Shown piece after piece: positions 52,715 through 62,610 of a stretch of DNA of 64,000 nucleotides. Every line of letters begins with the position of its first letter. Position 1 is the stretch's first letter. The notes beneath the pieces are model-generated. The model was given only the letters and a program-made list of their open reading frames with translations, searched no databases and was not told where the DNA came from. Where the stretch lies: assembly GCA_017853415.1 (NCBI GenBank), contig JAFMJQ010000001.1, positions 12,924-76,923 of the forward strand. The letters are read 5' to 3'. A program made the position numbers and the translations under genes. Source of the DNA: Thermoleophilia bacterium (lineage in GTDB: Bacteria > Actinomycetota > Thermoleophilia > Miltoncostaeales > Miltoncostaeaceae).

Positions 52715-53794
52715 TCAGCGGGCGGTCACGGGTGCGGCGGCGTCGAGCCGGGCGATCTCCTTGCGCACCGCGGGAGCAACCTCGGTGCCGTAGAGCTCGA
52801 TCGCCCGCATCATGTCGGCGTGCGGCGGATTGCCCACGCCCATGTGCAGCAGCACGCGACGGTTCCCGAACATCTCGTACTCGGCCAGGATCTTCTCGGT
52901 CACCTCCGCGGGGCTGCCCACCATGAGGGCTCCGTGGGGCTGGCGCATGCGGTCGAACTGCGCGCGGTCGATCTGGCTGCCCCAGCCGCGCTCGCTGCCG
53001 ATCTGGTTCATGGCCGCCATCAGGCCGGGCGCCGAGATGTCGGCAGCCTTCTGCGAGGTGTCGGCGATGAAGCCGTGCGAACCGATGGACACCGGGACAT
53101 CCGCCGGATCGTGGCCGAATTCCGTGAGGGCCTCGCGGTAGAGGTTGACGAACGGGATGAACGGCTGGGCCGCGGCGCCGATGATGGCCACCGATATCGG
53201 CAGGCCGCGGGCCGCGGCGTTCACCACCGACTGCGGCGTTCCGCCCACGGCGATCCATACCGGAAGCTGCTCCTGCTGGGGGCGCGGGTGCACGGCGCGG
53301 CCCTCGATCGGCGGGCGGCGCGTGCCCTCCCAGGTGACCACCTCCTCGTCGCGCAGCTGCAGCAGCAGGTCGAGCTTCTCGAGGAACAGGCCCTGGTAGT
53401 CGGCGAGGTCGTACCCGAAGAGGGGGAACGACTCGATGAACGACCCGCGCCCGGCCATGATCTCCGCGCGCCCCTGCGAGATGAGGTCGATGGTGGCGAA
53501 GTCCTGGAACACCCGCACCGGGTCGTCGGACGACAGCACCGTCACCGACGAGGTGAGCCGGATTCGCGAGGTGCGCGACGCCGCCGCCGCGAGCACCACG
53601 GCGGGCGACGACACCGGGAAGTCCGGACGGTGGTGCTCGCCCACGCCGAAGACGTCGAGCCCCACCTCGTCGGCAAGCACGATCTCGTCCACCAGATCCC
53701 GAACCCGCTGGCCGACGTCGATGGCGCGCCCCGTGGCCGGGTCGGGCGTGGCGTCGCCGAACGAGTAGATGCCGAGTTCGATGCCCTGGATCAC
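52715..53794 (-). CDS. LLM-class flavin-dependent oxidoreductase
   Basis: ORF 52715..53794. [37 protein letters not shown], the luciferase-like monooxygenase pattern. Confidence 0.8.
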   Translation of the reverse strand: MIQGIELGIYSFGDATPDPATGRAIDVGQRVRDLVDEIVLADEVGLDVFGVGEHHRPDFPVSSPAVVLAAAASRTSRIRLTSSVTVLSSDDPVRVFQDFATIDLISQGRAEIMAGRGSFIESFPLFGYDLADYQGLFLEKLDLLLQLRDEEVVTWEGTRRPPIEGRAVHPRPQQEQLPVWIAVGGTPQSVVNAAARGLPISVAIIGAAAQPFIPFVNLYREALTEFGHDPADVPVSIGSHGFIADTSQKAADISAPGLMAAMNQIGSERGWGSQIDRAQFDRMRQPHGALMVGSPAEVTEKILAEYEMFGNRRVLLHMGVGNPPHADMMRAIELYGTEVAPAVRKEIARLDAAAPVTAR

Positions 53795-54126
53795 GTGCCC
53801 CCCTCCTCCGCCTCACGCTGCCGTCGCGCCTCGTCGAGATCACGCTGGATACGCCCGTCATCGCGCTCGGCCAGTATGACGTAGGCGATGTAGAACACCC
53901 CCAGGCTGATGCCCAGGCCCGAGGCGATCCACAGGAACGGCGACCACCCGAGCGGCGTGCCGATGGCCCATCCGATGATCAGGCTCACGGGCACCATGAT
54001 GGCCCCGAGCACCCATACCCGGCGGCGCGCCGTGCGCGTGTACTCGGGGTTCGGATGCAGCCCGTGCTGCTCCGCCGCCACGCGGGCGACGATCTCATCG
54101 CGCGATTCGCGCTGGCGTCCTGTCAC
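53791..54126 (-). CDS. Hypothetical small membrane protein (2 TM)
   Basis: C-terminal 111 aa of ORF 53791..54546 from the GTG at 54126. [20 protein letters not shown] ... [22 protein letters not shown]. 4-nt overlap with the downstream LLM gene. Confidence 0.45.
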   Translation of the reverse strand: MTGRQRESRDEIVARVAAEQHGLHPNPEYTRTARRRVWVLGAIMVPVSLIIGWAIGTPLGWSPFLWIASGLGISLGVFYIAYVILAERDDGRIQRDLDEARRQREAEEGGT

Positions 54127-54180
54127 GGCCCCAAGGCTAGCGGCGTACGCTGGTGATCCGGACCCGATCAAAGGAACCCC

Positions 54181-54699
54181 ATGAACACCGGACTCATCAC
54201 CGCCCGCCGACGCGGGGCGATCGCCCTCGCCGGGCTCCTGGCCGTAGGCGCCATCGGCTTCGCCGGCTGCGGATCCTCCAGCAGCGACTCGGCCAGCACG
54301 GCAGCCGCCGAGGCGGCCCTCAGCGCCGAACTGCAGACCGCCTACGCCAACGCCGAGGCGGCCGTCACGAAGGCCGAGGACGCCGTCGTGAAGGCCAACG
54401 ACGCGGACGCGGCCATCGCCGCCTGGCCCGCGCTCAAGACCGAGATCGCGTCCTACGAGAAGACGCTGAAGGACATGGAGGCCGGCGCAACCGGCGCCTG
54501 CCTCGAGGCCGTCAAGGGCTATGCCGCCGTCGAGGCCAAGGAGCACGCCGCGCTGACCGCCATCTACACGGCCGCCACCGAGGGCGACCCCGACACCTTC
54601 ACGGCCGCGGTCACCGACTACACCACGCTCGTGGCCAGCACTGAGGTGAAGGACGCCGACGCCGCCCTGGCGTCGTCGTGCGGCGTCACGGTGAGCTAG
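54181..54699 (+). CDS. Lipoprotein, hypothetical (Ala-rich helical)
   Basis: ORF 54181..54699. Signal plus lipobox IGFAGCGSS. No family recognised. Confidence 0.5.
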   Translation: MNTGLITARRRGAIALAGLLAVGAIGFAGCGSSSSDSASTAAAEAALSAELQTAYANAEAAVTKAEDAVVKANDADAAIAAWPALKTEIASYEKTLKDMEAGATGACLEAVKGYAAVEAKEHAALTAIYTAATEGDPDTFTAAVTDYTTLVASTEVKDADAALASSCGVTVS

Positions 54700-54821
54700 G
54701 CACCACCGACACGACGCCCCGTGCGCCGGGCGCGCCGTGCATCACGCCGATGCGCGGCGCGCCCGGCCACCGGGTTCACGGAGCAGGGATGACCTGGCCC
54801 TCCCGCAGTGGCCGCGCGCGA

Positions 54822-55895
54822 TCAGCCCACACGGGGCCACGACGAGACCAGGGGGTAGGGCCTGATGGGGCCGCCTCCCCCGGGGTGGATCTCGAAGTGC
54901 AGGTGCGGCACGGTGCCCTGGGCGTCGCCGGTCATGCCGACGTAGCCCACCACATCGCCGGCGCGCACGCGCGCGCCCTCGCGCGTGCCCGGCGCGAAGC
55001 CCGAGAGGTGGCAGTAGAAGTACTCGTCGCCGTTGTCGCCGCGTATCCACAGGCGGATTCCGCTCACGGGTGTCTCGCCGGGCCGCACGATGGTTCCGCT
55101 CACCACGGCCACGATGGGCGCACCCATGACGGCCATGATGTCGATCCCCTCGTGGTACCGGCTGCCACGCGGAGCCATCCAGTCGTCCGAGAAGGTGGAT
55201 GGCGCCGCCACGGGGAACACAGGCTCGGTGCCCGGCGGCGCCACCGGGATGTCTTCCGCCCCCTTCGCCCGTGCCTGGCGCACGCGGTCCTGCACACGGG
55301 CCGACAGGGCGGCCTTCAGCTCTCCGCGCGCCTGCGACACCACCCTGCGCTGCTCGGCGAGCAGGCCCCGGATGCGATCGCGCTCGCGGGCTGCCGCCGC
55401 CGCCTCGGCACGCGACTCGTCGATGGCCCTGGCCAGCCGCACCTGGGCCGCCCGCAGCGCCACGCGCCGGGCGCGCACCGTGCGCACCAGCCCGGCGTCC
55501 TGCCCCGCCGCCCCCTGGAGGGCCTCGGTGCGGCTCACGAGATCGGTGAGCGAGCCGCTGGACACCACGAGCTCGAGCAGGTCGGGGTCGGGGCGCCGGT
55601 AGAGCGATGCCAGGCGCGACGACAGCGTCTCGCGCGCCACCACGAGCTGGGCCCGCGTGCGCACCAGCTCACGACGCGTGCGCAGGGTCTCGGCCCGCGC
55701 GGCGTCGAGGCGATCCATCGCCGCGTTGTGCCGCACCGCCGCCTGGCCGGCTGCGGCATCGAGCCGCGCCGCGCGTGCCTCCACGGCCTGCACGCGCTGC
55801 GTGATCGAGGTGAGGTCGCGCGCGGCATGCACGGGCGCTGCCAGCGCGCACAGCGCGACGGCTCCCAGCAGTGCGAAGAGGACTCGGCGGGCCAT
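54822..55895 (-). CDS. M23-family metalloendopeptidase with N-terminal coiled-coil
   Basis: Within ORF 54822..55922, ATG at 55895 (signal MARRVLFALLGAVALCALAAPVHA). YHEGIDI, GYVGMTGDAQGTVPHLHFEI. Confidence 0.8.
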   Translation of the reverse strand: MARRVLFALLGAVALCALAAPVHAARDLTSITQRVQAVEARAARLDAAAGQAAVRHNAAMDRLDAARAETLRTRRELVRTRAQLVVARETLSSRLASLYRRPDPDLLELVVSSGSLTDLVSRTEALQGAAGQDAGLVRTVRARRVALRAAQVRLARAIDESRAEAAAAARERDRIRGLLAEQRRVVSQARGELKAALSARVQDRVRQARAKGAEDIPVAPPGTEPVFPVAAPSTFSDDWMAPRGSRYHEGIDIMAVMGAPIVAVVSGTIVRPGETPVSGIRLWIRGDNGDEYFYCHLSGFAPGTREGARVRAGDVVGYVGMTGDAQGTVPHLHFEIHPGGGGPIRPYPLVSSWPRVG

Positions 55896-55950
55896 GGGCG
55901 GGGCATTGTCGTCCCCATCCACGGCCCGCCGTGAAATCCCCGTTGCTACG

Positions 55951-56334
55951 TCAGGCGGCGTCCTCCGAGAGCACTTCGTTGAGCTGCGCCTGCGCGTTGA
56001 TGGCCGCCGGGAACCCTGCGTACGCGGCCAGCTGGATCACCAGTTCACGGAGCTCATCCTCGGTGATGCCCACGCGCAGTCCGGCCCGCATGTGCACCTT
56101 CACCTGCCGGTCCTTGCCGCCCAGCGCCATGAGCATGCTGAGGGTGGCGATCTGCCGCTCCTTCAGCGTGAGCCCCGGGCGCTGGTAGATGTCGCCGTAG
56201 ATGGTCTCGATGATGCGGTCGCCGAGCTCGCCGAGGGTCGCGAGCGAATCCTCGGCCTTCGGCCCCAGCACCTGCTTGACGCTCTCGGCGCCCTTCTCGT
56301 GGCGCTCGGCGCGCCACTCGGACTCGGCGGACAT
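55951..56334 (-). CDS. Carboxymuconolactone decarboxylase (CMD/AhpD-like) family protein
   Basis: ORF 55951..56334. GDIYQRPGLTLKERQIATLSMLMALG...HMRAGLRVGITEDELRELVIQLAAYAGFPAAINA. Confidence 0.8.
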   Translation of the reverse strand: MSAESEWRAERHEKGAESVKQVLGPKAEDSLATLGELGDRIIETIYGDIYQRPGLTLKERQIATLSMLMALGGKDRQVKVHMRAGLRVGITEDELRELVIQLAAYAGFPAAINAQAQLNEVLSEDAA

Positions 56335-56343
56335 CGCCTCTCC

Positions 56344-57504
56344 CTACTTGGTGGTGCGGTCGGTGTAGACCACGTCGAAGTTGCCGCCGGAGTCCACCGT
56401 GAGGATGCTCACCGGAACGTTCGGGCGGTTGCCCTGGCTGTTGATGGTGATCTTGCCCGTGGCACCCGGGAAGTTCTTGGTCTTCTTGAGCCGGGCGATC
56501 ACCTTGCCGTACTTGAAGGCATCCGCCTTCTTCCACGACGCGAACAGGATGTTCGCCGAGTCGTACATGAACGTTCCCCAGGTGCCCGCCGTCTTGCCCG
56601 GGAAGGCCTTGCCGTAGGCCGCCAGGTAGCTCTTGGCGGTGGGCATCTGGCTCGGGTCCGGCACGCCGCTGAAGACGCAGTTCTGGCTGGCCGGGATTCC
56701 GGCGGCGGTGATGAACCCGGGGTCCTGATTGGCCAGGCCCGCGAAGCACTTGGCCGGATTGCCGGTGGCCTTGAGGTCGGCGGCGATCTTCGCGCCCTCG
56801 GGGAAGTAGGTGCTGAGGTAGACGACGGTCGGATTGTTGGTGAGCGCCTGCTGCACCGCGGCCTTGTAGTCGGCCTGGTTCTCCTGCACGAGCACCTGCG
56901 TCACGAGCACGCCCTTGGGCTCGAGCGTGGCCTTGAGCCTGGCGGCCATGCCCTCGGTGTAGGCGCTCTGCGTGACGATCATCGCCACCTTCGCGGGCTT
57001 CATCTGCCCGAGGATGTACGTCGACTCCACCGGCGAGATCTGGCTGTTCTTGGGCTGCACCGTGACGCCGTAGCCCGTGGTGTCATCCGTGGACGTCATC
57101 TGCACCGGCACGATCTTCGCCTTGGTGTAGATGGGCAGGTTCACGAGGCCCACCGACGAGTTGTACGGCCCGATCACCGCGGCCACCTTCGCCTTGATCG
57201 CCTTGTTGGCCGCCGACTTCGCGAGGGCGGGGTTGGCCTGGTCGTCAACCTTCACGATCTGCACCTTGCGGCCGTAGTAGCCGCCCTTGGCGTTGTACTG
57301 CTTCACGGCGAGCTGCACGCCGCGCAGCATGTCCTGGCCATTCGACGCCTGGGCCCCCGTGAGCGGGCCCTCCACGGCGATGCCGATGGTTCCGTAGGTG
57401 GACGGGTCGCCCCCGACCATGGCGCCTCCGACGGCGGTGGAGGCAACCGCCCCTGCGCCGATGGCGAGTGCGGTGGCAGCGAGGATGAACGGACGTCGTG
57501 GCAC
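56344..57504 (-). CDS. LivK-like (Peripla_BP_6) ABC substrate-binding protein, orphan, Lys-rich
   Basis: Within ORF 56344..57567. The GTG at 57504 is preceded by AAGGAG at a 5-nt spacing. IGIAVEGPLTGAQASNGQDMLRGVQLAVKQYNAKGG, VIGPYNSSV. No transporter partners nearby. Confidence 0.8.
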   Translation of the reverse strand: MPRRPFILAATALAIGAGAVASTAVGGAMVGGDPSTYGTIGIAVEGPLTGAQASNGQDMLRGVQLAVKQYNAKGGYYGRKVQIVKVDDQANPALAKSAANKAIKAKVAAVIGPYNSSVGLVNLPIYTKAKIVPVQMTSTDDTTGYGVTVQPKNSQISPVESTYILGQMKPAKVAMIVTQSAYTEGMAARLKATLEPKGVLVTQVLVQENQADYKAAVQQALTNNPTVVYLSTYFPEGAKIAADLKATGNPAKCFAGLANQDPGFITAAGIPASQNCVFSGVPDPSQMPTAKSYLAAYGKAFPGKTAGTWGTFMYDSANILFASWKKADAFKYGKVIARLKKTKNFPGATGKITINSQGNRPNVPVSILTVDSGGNFDVVYTDRTTK

Positions 57505-57600
57505 GGGGACTCCTTGATGCAATCGGGTGAGTAGCCCGGTAACCCTACCCCGGCGCCGGGATGCCACCGCTCACGGTGGTGCCCGCGCTACCGTGTGCCC

Positions 57601-57876
57601 ATGGCCCGCGTCACCGTCTACGCCACGCCGTTCTGCCTCTACTGCGTGGGGGCCAAGGCCCTGCTTCGCCGGCGGGGCATCGACTACGACGAGGTGCGCA
57701 TCAACATGTTCAGCGACGGCGCGCGCGACCGGCTGCAGGCCGAGAGCGGCGGCGGGCGCACCTTCCCGCAGGTGGTGATCGACGGCGACCCGATCGGCGG
57801 GTTCGACTCCCTGCGCGCCATCGATCGCAGCGGCGAGCTCGCCCGCAGGCTCGACGCCTCGCCCGCCGGCGCGTAG
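57601..57876 (+). CDS. Glutaredoxin
   Basis: ORF 57595..57876 (ATG at 57601). VTVYATPFCLYCVGAK (CxxC), TFPQVVIDGDPIGGFDSL. Confidence 0.8.
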   Translation: MARVTVYATPFCLYCVGAKALLRRRGIDYDEVRINMFSDGARDRLQAESGGGRTFPQVVIDGDPIGGFDSLRAIDRSGELARRLDASPAGA

Positions 57877-57970
57877 GGCACACCCCGTCGGCGCACCCGC
57901 CGTGCCGGGCATGCGCATGGGCGGGTCGTATGCTGCTGCGCATCGTCAGTACCGACCTCGGAGGATCCCC

Positions 57971-58384
57971 GTGAAGCGTGCCCTCATCGCCGCCGCCGGC
58001 GTGGCCATCGTGCCGCTGGCCGCAGGCTCCCTGGCCTTCGCCCAGGGCGAGCCCGCCCCAACCCCGCCCAACACCAACAAGATCGTGAACGTGCAGGCCG
58101 GCAGCACCGCCAGGGTGGTGCTGGGCCGCGTCAACTCCGGAACCGGCTATGCCTGGAAGTGGGTCACGAAGCCCAAGGCATCGGTGGCCAAGGGCCTGCC
58201 GGTGCGCCTGACGCCCGCCAAGCCGGGTGCCGCGCCGGGATCGCCGCGCACGGCCGTGGCGCCGGTGCTCGGGCTGGCCGAGGACATGAAGACCACCGGC
58301 ACGGTGGGCCTCTTCGGGCCCGGCCAGACCACGCCCACGCGCACCATCACCCTGAAGATCACGGTGACCGGCGACGGCCGCTAG
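57971..58384 (+). CDS. Secreted chagasin-like (I42 family) cysteine-peptidase inhibitor
   Basis: In-frame GTG at 57971 of ORF 57902..58384, preceded by GGAGGA. Signal VKRALIAAAGVAIVPLAAGSLAFA. NSGTGYAWKW resembles the I42 'NPTTGY.W' motif. Confidence 0.6.
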   Translation: MKRALIAAAGVAIVPLAAGSLAFAQGEPAPTPPNTNKIVNVQAGSTARVVLGRVNSGTGYAWKWVTKPKASVAKGLPVRLTPAKPGAAPGSPRTAVAPVLGLAEDMKTTGTVGLFGPGQTTPTRTITLKITVTGDGR

Positions 58385-58403
58385 CTGCGTGTGAGTCCGC
58401 GGG

Positions 58404-58481
58404 GGGCGGCGGACAGGATGAGATGGACCCCCCGAACCATCTCACCCACCGGGAAACCTCTATCCCCGGTGTCCGCCGCCC
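58404..58481 (+). promoter_or_regulatory. Candidate structured RNA element (closing stem plus two internal hairpins) in the leader of the CBS / P-type ATPase genes
   Basis: GGGCGGCGGACA (58404-58415) is perfectly complementary to TGTCCGCCGCCC (58470-58481). Enclosed are an 11-bp hairpin with one mismatch (58416-58426 / 58437-58447, loop ACCCCCCGAA) and CCGGG/CCCGG (58449-58453 / 58465-58469). No class assignment was possible. Confidence 0.25.
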
Positions 58482-58699
58482 ACACCCGCGAGATGCGGTG
58501 ATGAGCGAAACGACCATCACTGCATGACTGGTTTGTATCTCGTCACCCGCGCCCGGCCACTGCCCGTTCGGGGGGTTTCGCGATCTCCGGTGCGCAATAC
58601 CCCCCATGCGGTGAGCAGGAACCCATACATGCGGGCCCCCTCACGACACGAGGGCGCGGCTATTCATGCCATGACGCATTCGAGACGGGGAGGTGCCCC

Positions 58700-59131
58700 A
58701 TGCATGTGAGCGACGTGATGACCCACGAAGTGGCCGTGGCCGATATCAAGGCAACGGTGCATGACGTGGCCGGGATAATGCGCACTCAGGACTGCGGCTT
58801 CGTGCCGATCCTGGAGGCGGGCAGGCTCGTCGGCGTGGTCACCGATCGTGATCTGGCAGTGCGCTGCCTGGCCGACGACGCCTTCGACGGACCCATCGGC
58901 GACATGCCGATCGCCCACTTCATGACCGCCGACGACCTCGTGACCATCGCCCCGGATGAGACGATCGCGGTGGCGGCGCACACAATGGCCCTGCGCCGGG
59001 TGCGCCGGCTGGCGGTGACCACCGACGGAATCGTGCACGGCGTGCTGAGCCTGGGCGACCTCGAGCAGGCCATGCATGGGCGCGGCGCCGCGGCTCGCGA
59101 GGCCGTGCTGGCCGTCACCCTGCCCGACTGA
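58700..59131 (+). CDS. CBS-domain pair protein
   Basis: ORF 58700..59131. [52 protein letters not shown] and a second CBS repeat (..[23 protein letters not shown]). Confidence 0.8.
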   Translation: MHVSDVMTHEVAVADIKATVHDVAGIMRTQDCGFVPILEAGRLVGVVTDRDLAVRCLADDAFDGPIGDMPIAHFMTADDLVTIAPDETIAVAAHTMALRRVRRLAVTTDGIVHGVLSLGDLEQAMHGRGAAAREAVLAVTLPD

Positions 59132-59231
59132 TACGGGCCACCCGGGGGCGGCCGCCTACCGGCCTCGTGGCGGGGGCGCTCCCCCCCGTGCGGCGGGGAG
59201 CGCGCGGGCGCGCAGGTGGTACCACGGCAGC

Positions 59232-61877
59232 ATGACGGGGGACGGCCCGGAGCGCGCCACCGAGCCGCTCGACCTGCTGATGCGCCACCTGCGCACCTCA
59301 CCGGCCGGGCTCACCGAGCGCGAGGCCGCCCGCCGCCTGATCACGGCCGGCCCCAACGTGATCCGCCGGCGGGCGGGCGCCACCTGGCCGCGCCTGCTGG
59401 TCGACCAGCTCATCCACCCCCTCGCGCTGCTGCTGTGGGTGGCCGCCGCCCTCGCCGCGGCCACGGGCCAGTGGGCCATCGCCGCGGCCATCGTGGCGGT
59501 GGTGCTGCTCAACGCGGTGTTCGCCTTCATGCAGGAGCGCCAGGCCGAACGCTCGGTGGAGGCCCTCGCGGCCTTCCTGCCACCCACCGCCCGGGTGCTG
59601 CGCGACGGCACCGCGCGGTCGGTGGAGGCATCGGGGCTCGTGCCGGGCGACATCGTGCTGATCGGCGAGGGCGACCGCATATCGGCCGATTCCCGCCTGG
59701 TGTCGGGTGCGCTGGACATCGACATGTCCGCCCTCACGGGCGAGTCGGCCCCCGTGGCCCGTTCGGCCGGCTCGCCCGGTGCCGGCGGCCCGCTGGTGGA
59801 GGTTCCCGACCTCGTCTTCAGCGGAACCCTCTGCACCTCGGGCGACGCCCGCGCCGTGGTGGTGGCCACCGGCATGGGCACCGAGATCGGGCGCATCGCA
59901 GCGCTGTCGGAGGGCGTGGGTCGCGAACCCAGCCCGCTCGAGCGCCAGGTGAGGCGGGTGGCGGTGATCATCGCGCTGGTCGCCCTGGGCCTGGGCCTGC
60001 TGTTCATCCCGCTGGGCATGCTCGCCGGGCTCGACATCCTCGGCGCGGTGTCGTTCGCGATCGGCCTGATCGTGGCCAATGTGCCCGAGGGCCTGCTGCC
60101 CACCATCACCCTTGCACTGGCGATGGGCGTGCGGGCCCTCGCCCGCAAGGGGGCACTGGTCAAGCGCCTCTCGGCAGTCGAGACGCTGGGGTCGACCACC
60201 GTCATCTGCACCGACAAGACGGGCACGCTCACCCAGAACCGCATGCGCCCCGCACGTGCCTGGACCCCCGACGGCGCGATCGACCTGGCCGCGGCGGGGC
60301 ACGCCGGGGCCCCGGACCTCGGTCGGGCCCTCGTCGCCTGCAGCACGGTGCACGCCGGCGGGGCCGACCCCACCGAGATCGCCCTGCTCGATGCCGGCGA
60401 GGCGCTGGGGGCACCGGCGGTTCCCGTGCGGCATGCGATGGTGAATCACTTCGATCCGGTGCTGCGCAGGATGTCCGTGCTCACGGATGGTCCCCACCCG
60501 GCCATCACGGCCAAGGGCGCGCCGGAATCCATCTTCCCCATCTGCGCCGGTCTCGACGCCGGGCACCAGCGGGCCGCGCGTGCGGCGGCCGATGCCATGG
60601 CCGCCGAGGGGCTGCGGGTGCTTGCCGTGGCCGAGCGCGATCTCGATGCACCCCCAGGCAGCGCGCCCCACAGAAACGGCCGAGCCGATGTGGAACGCGA
60701 CCTGCGGCTGCTGGGCCTGGTGGGCCTGCTCGACCCCCCGCGTGAGTCGGTGGCGGCGGCCGTGACCCGCTGCCAGGCGGCCGGGGTGAGGATCATCGTG
60801 GTCACCGGTGACAACGGCCTCACCGCATCGGCGGTGGCACGGCGCGTGGGCATCCCGGTCGACCCCGCGCATGGCGTGGTGACCGGGGCGCAGGTGCAGG
60901 CGCTGTCCGATCCGGCGCTCGATGCGCTGCTGCGCGACCCACGCCTCACGGTGATCGCGCGCAGCGACCCCGAGACCAAGCTGCGCATCGCCGAGTCGCT
61001 TCGCGCCGAGGGCGAGGTGGTGGCCATGACCGGCGATGGAGTGAATGACGCCCCGGCCCTGCGCCGTGCCGATATCGGCGTTGCCATGGGCGCATCGGGC
61101 ACGGATGTGGCGCGCGAGGCCGCCACCATGGTGCTCACCGAGGACGACTTCGGGGGCATCGTCGCGGCGGTGGAGGCCGGACGCCGCGTGTTCGCGAACG
61201 TCCGCAAGTTCATCCTCTACATCTTCGCCCACGCGCCCGCCGAGGTGGTGCCGTTCCTGGCGTTCGCGCTGTCGGGCGGGGCGATCCCGCTGCCCCTCAC
61301 CGTGCTGCAGGTGCTGGCGATCGACCTCGGAACCGAGACGCTGCCCGCCCTGGCGCTGGGCCGTGAGCCCGCGGAGCCCGGGATCATGAAGCGACCGCCA
61401 CGGGCCCGCGGAAGCGGCGTGATCGACCGCGCACTGCTGGTGCGCGCATGGCTGGTGCTGGGGATGACCTCCGCCGTGCTGGTGACGGGTGCGTTCCTCG
61501 TGGTGCTGCTGGCCGCCGGCTGGTCGCCGGGCGATGCCACCGGGCCCGGCACGCCCCTGCACGGCGCCTACGTGAGCGCCACGGCCACCACGTTCGCGGG
61601 AATCGTGGCCTGCCAGTTGGGGACCGCCTGGGCCGCGCGCACCGAGCACGCACGGCTTCGCGACGTGGGGCTCTGGTCGAACCCGCTGCTGCTCTGGGGC
61701 ATCGCCTTCGAACTGGCCTTCCTCGCCCTGCTGCTCTACGTGCCACCCATCGCCGGGGTGTTCGGCACCGCTCCGCTGTCGTGGGAGCTGCTCATCCTGC
61801 TGCCGTTCCCCGTGATCGTCTGGGGGGTTGACGCCCTCGTGCGCGCTGCCCGTACGCGCAGGCAGGCCACCCCCTGA
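59232..61877 (+). CDS. P2-type cation-transporting P-type ATPase (Ca2+/CtpF-like)
   Basis: In-frame ATG at 59232 of ORF 59076..61877. [28 protein letters not shown] (PEGL), [28 protein letters not shown]. Confidence 0.9.
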   Translation: MTGDGPERATEPLDLLMRHLRTSPAGLTEREAARRLITAGPNVIRRRAGATWPRLLVDQLIHPLALLLWVAAALAAATGQWAIAAAIVAVVLLNAVFAFMQERQAERSVEALAAFLPPTARVLRDGTARSVEASGLVPGDIVLIGEGDRISADSRLVSGALDIDMSALTGESAPVARSAGSPGAGGPLVEVPDLVFSGTLCTSGDARAVVVATGMGTEIGRIAALSEGVGREPSPLERQVRRVAVIIALVALGLGLLFIPLGMLAGLDILGAVSFAIGLIVANVPEGLLPTITLALAMGVRALARKGALVKRLSAVETLGSTTVICTDKTGTLTQNRMRPARAWTPDGAIDLAAAGHAGAPDLGRALVACSTVHAGGADPTEIALLDAGEALGAPAVPVRHAMVNHFDPVLRRMSVLTDGPHPAITAKGAPESIFPICAGLDAGHQRAARAAADAMAAEGLRVLAVAERDLDAPPGSAPHRNGRADVERDLRLLGLVGLLDPPRESVAAAVTRCQAAGVRIIVVTGDNGLTASAVARRVGIPVDPAHGVVTGAQVQALSDPALDALLRDPRLTVIARSDPETKLRIAESLRAEGEVVAMTGDGVNDAPALRRADIGVAMGASGTDVAREAATMVLTEDDFGGIVAAVEAGRRVFANVRKFILYIFAHAPAEVVPFLAFALSGGAIPLPLTVLQVLAIDLGTETLPALALGREPAEPGIMKRPPRARGSGVIDRALLVRAWLVLGMTSAVLVTGAFLVVLLAAGWSPGDATGPGTPLHGAYVSATATTFAGIVACQLGTAWAARTEHARLRDVGLWSNPLLLWGIAFELAFLALLLYVPPIAGVFGTAPLSWELLILLPFPVIVWGVDALVRAARTRRQATP

Positions 61878-61995
61878 CCGGACGGGGGGTCCGGATGCCG
61901 ACCGGGTGCCCGAACCTGCCAGAACCGCCGACCGCCGCGGCCGGGGCGCGCAGGGCGTCGTACAACCGGGGGGACGGCGGCAACGGGATGGCGTG

Positions 61996-62610
61996 ATGGC
62001 GACAAGCGAGGTGACCGGTTCACGGGGAGCGATCCTCCGGCGCGTCGCGGACTCCCGCGGCCTCCCGGTGATGCACCGCACGTCGCACCGCCTCGCCGCG
62101 ATGGCGGCCCTGCCCCGGGAGGCCCAGGACGATGCCGACGACGAGTGGCTGGCCGTGCAGCGGGCCGTGCAGGCCCTACGTGCGCGCGACTGGCCCGCGG
62201 TGATCGTGCCGGCGTCGGGCGAATCGCTGGCGTCCCCCGGCCTGGCCGCCCGCCTCGCCGACCTGGCCGCCCGCAACGACATCCGGCCGGGCCACTTGTG
62301 GATCGAAGTCGATTCGTCCGACACCGTGCTGTCGCAGCCCGAGGTGGTGGAGCAGCTGGCCCGCGATCACATGATCGGGGTGAGGCTCGACGTGGCGAAC
62401 GGCTTCCGCGAGCGGGCGCTGGTGCCCGAACTGGCCGAGCTGGGCATCGCGTTCGCCTGGCTCGCCCCCACGGCCGGCCGCTGCGTGGCGGACGACCTCT
62501 CGGGCCTGATCGTGGGACGGTCGCTGGTGAGGCGCGCCCAGGCCCACGGCATGGCCGTGATCGCCGCCGCCGAGCTCGAGGCCGATCTGGTTCCCCCCTT
62601 CACGCCATGA
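61996..62610 (+). CDS. Degenerate, N-terminally truncated EAL-like domain protein
   Basis: In-frame ATG at 61996 of ORF 61828..62610. It aligns by eye with the distal two-thirds of EAL domains (LWIEVDSSDTVL ~ L.lEiTE; IGVRLDVANG ~ ialDDFGtG; MAVIAAAELE ~ viAEGVE), but catalytic residues are replaced. Confidence 0.4.
   Translation: MATSEVTGSRGAILRRVADSRGLPVMHRTSHRLAAMAALPREAQDDADDEWLAVQRAVQALRARDWPAVIVPASGESLASPGLAARLADLAARNDIRPGHLWIEVDSSDTVLSQPEVVEQLARDHMIGVRLDVANGFRERALVPELAELGIAFAWLAPTAGRCVADDLSGLIVGRSLVRRAQAHGMAVIAAAELEADLVPPFTP

Noticed and set aside
58385-58699. M-box (Mg2+) riboswitch or 6C sRNA in the leader of the P-type ATPase locus.
   Set aside because: I could not find the conserved M-box segments (GTTAGGTGAGG..., GCTAAAGCTC-like). 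The ATPase has a PEGL (P2-type) rather than an MgtA-type motif. 6C RNA has two C-rich loops, and only one such loop (ACCCCCCGAA) is present. The region is left as an unclassified structured leader.
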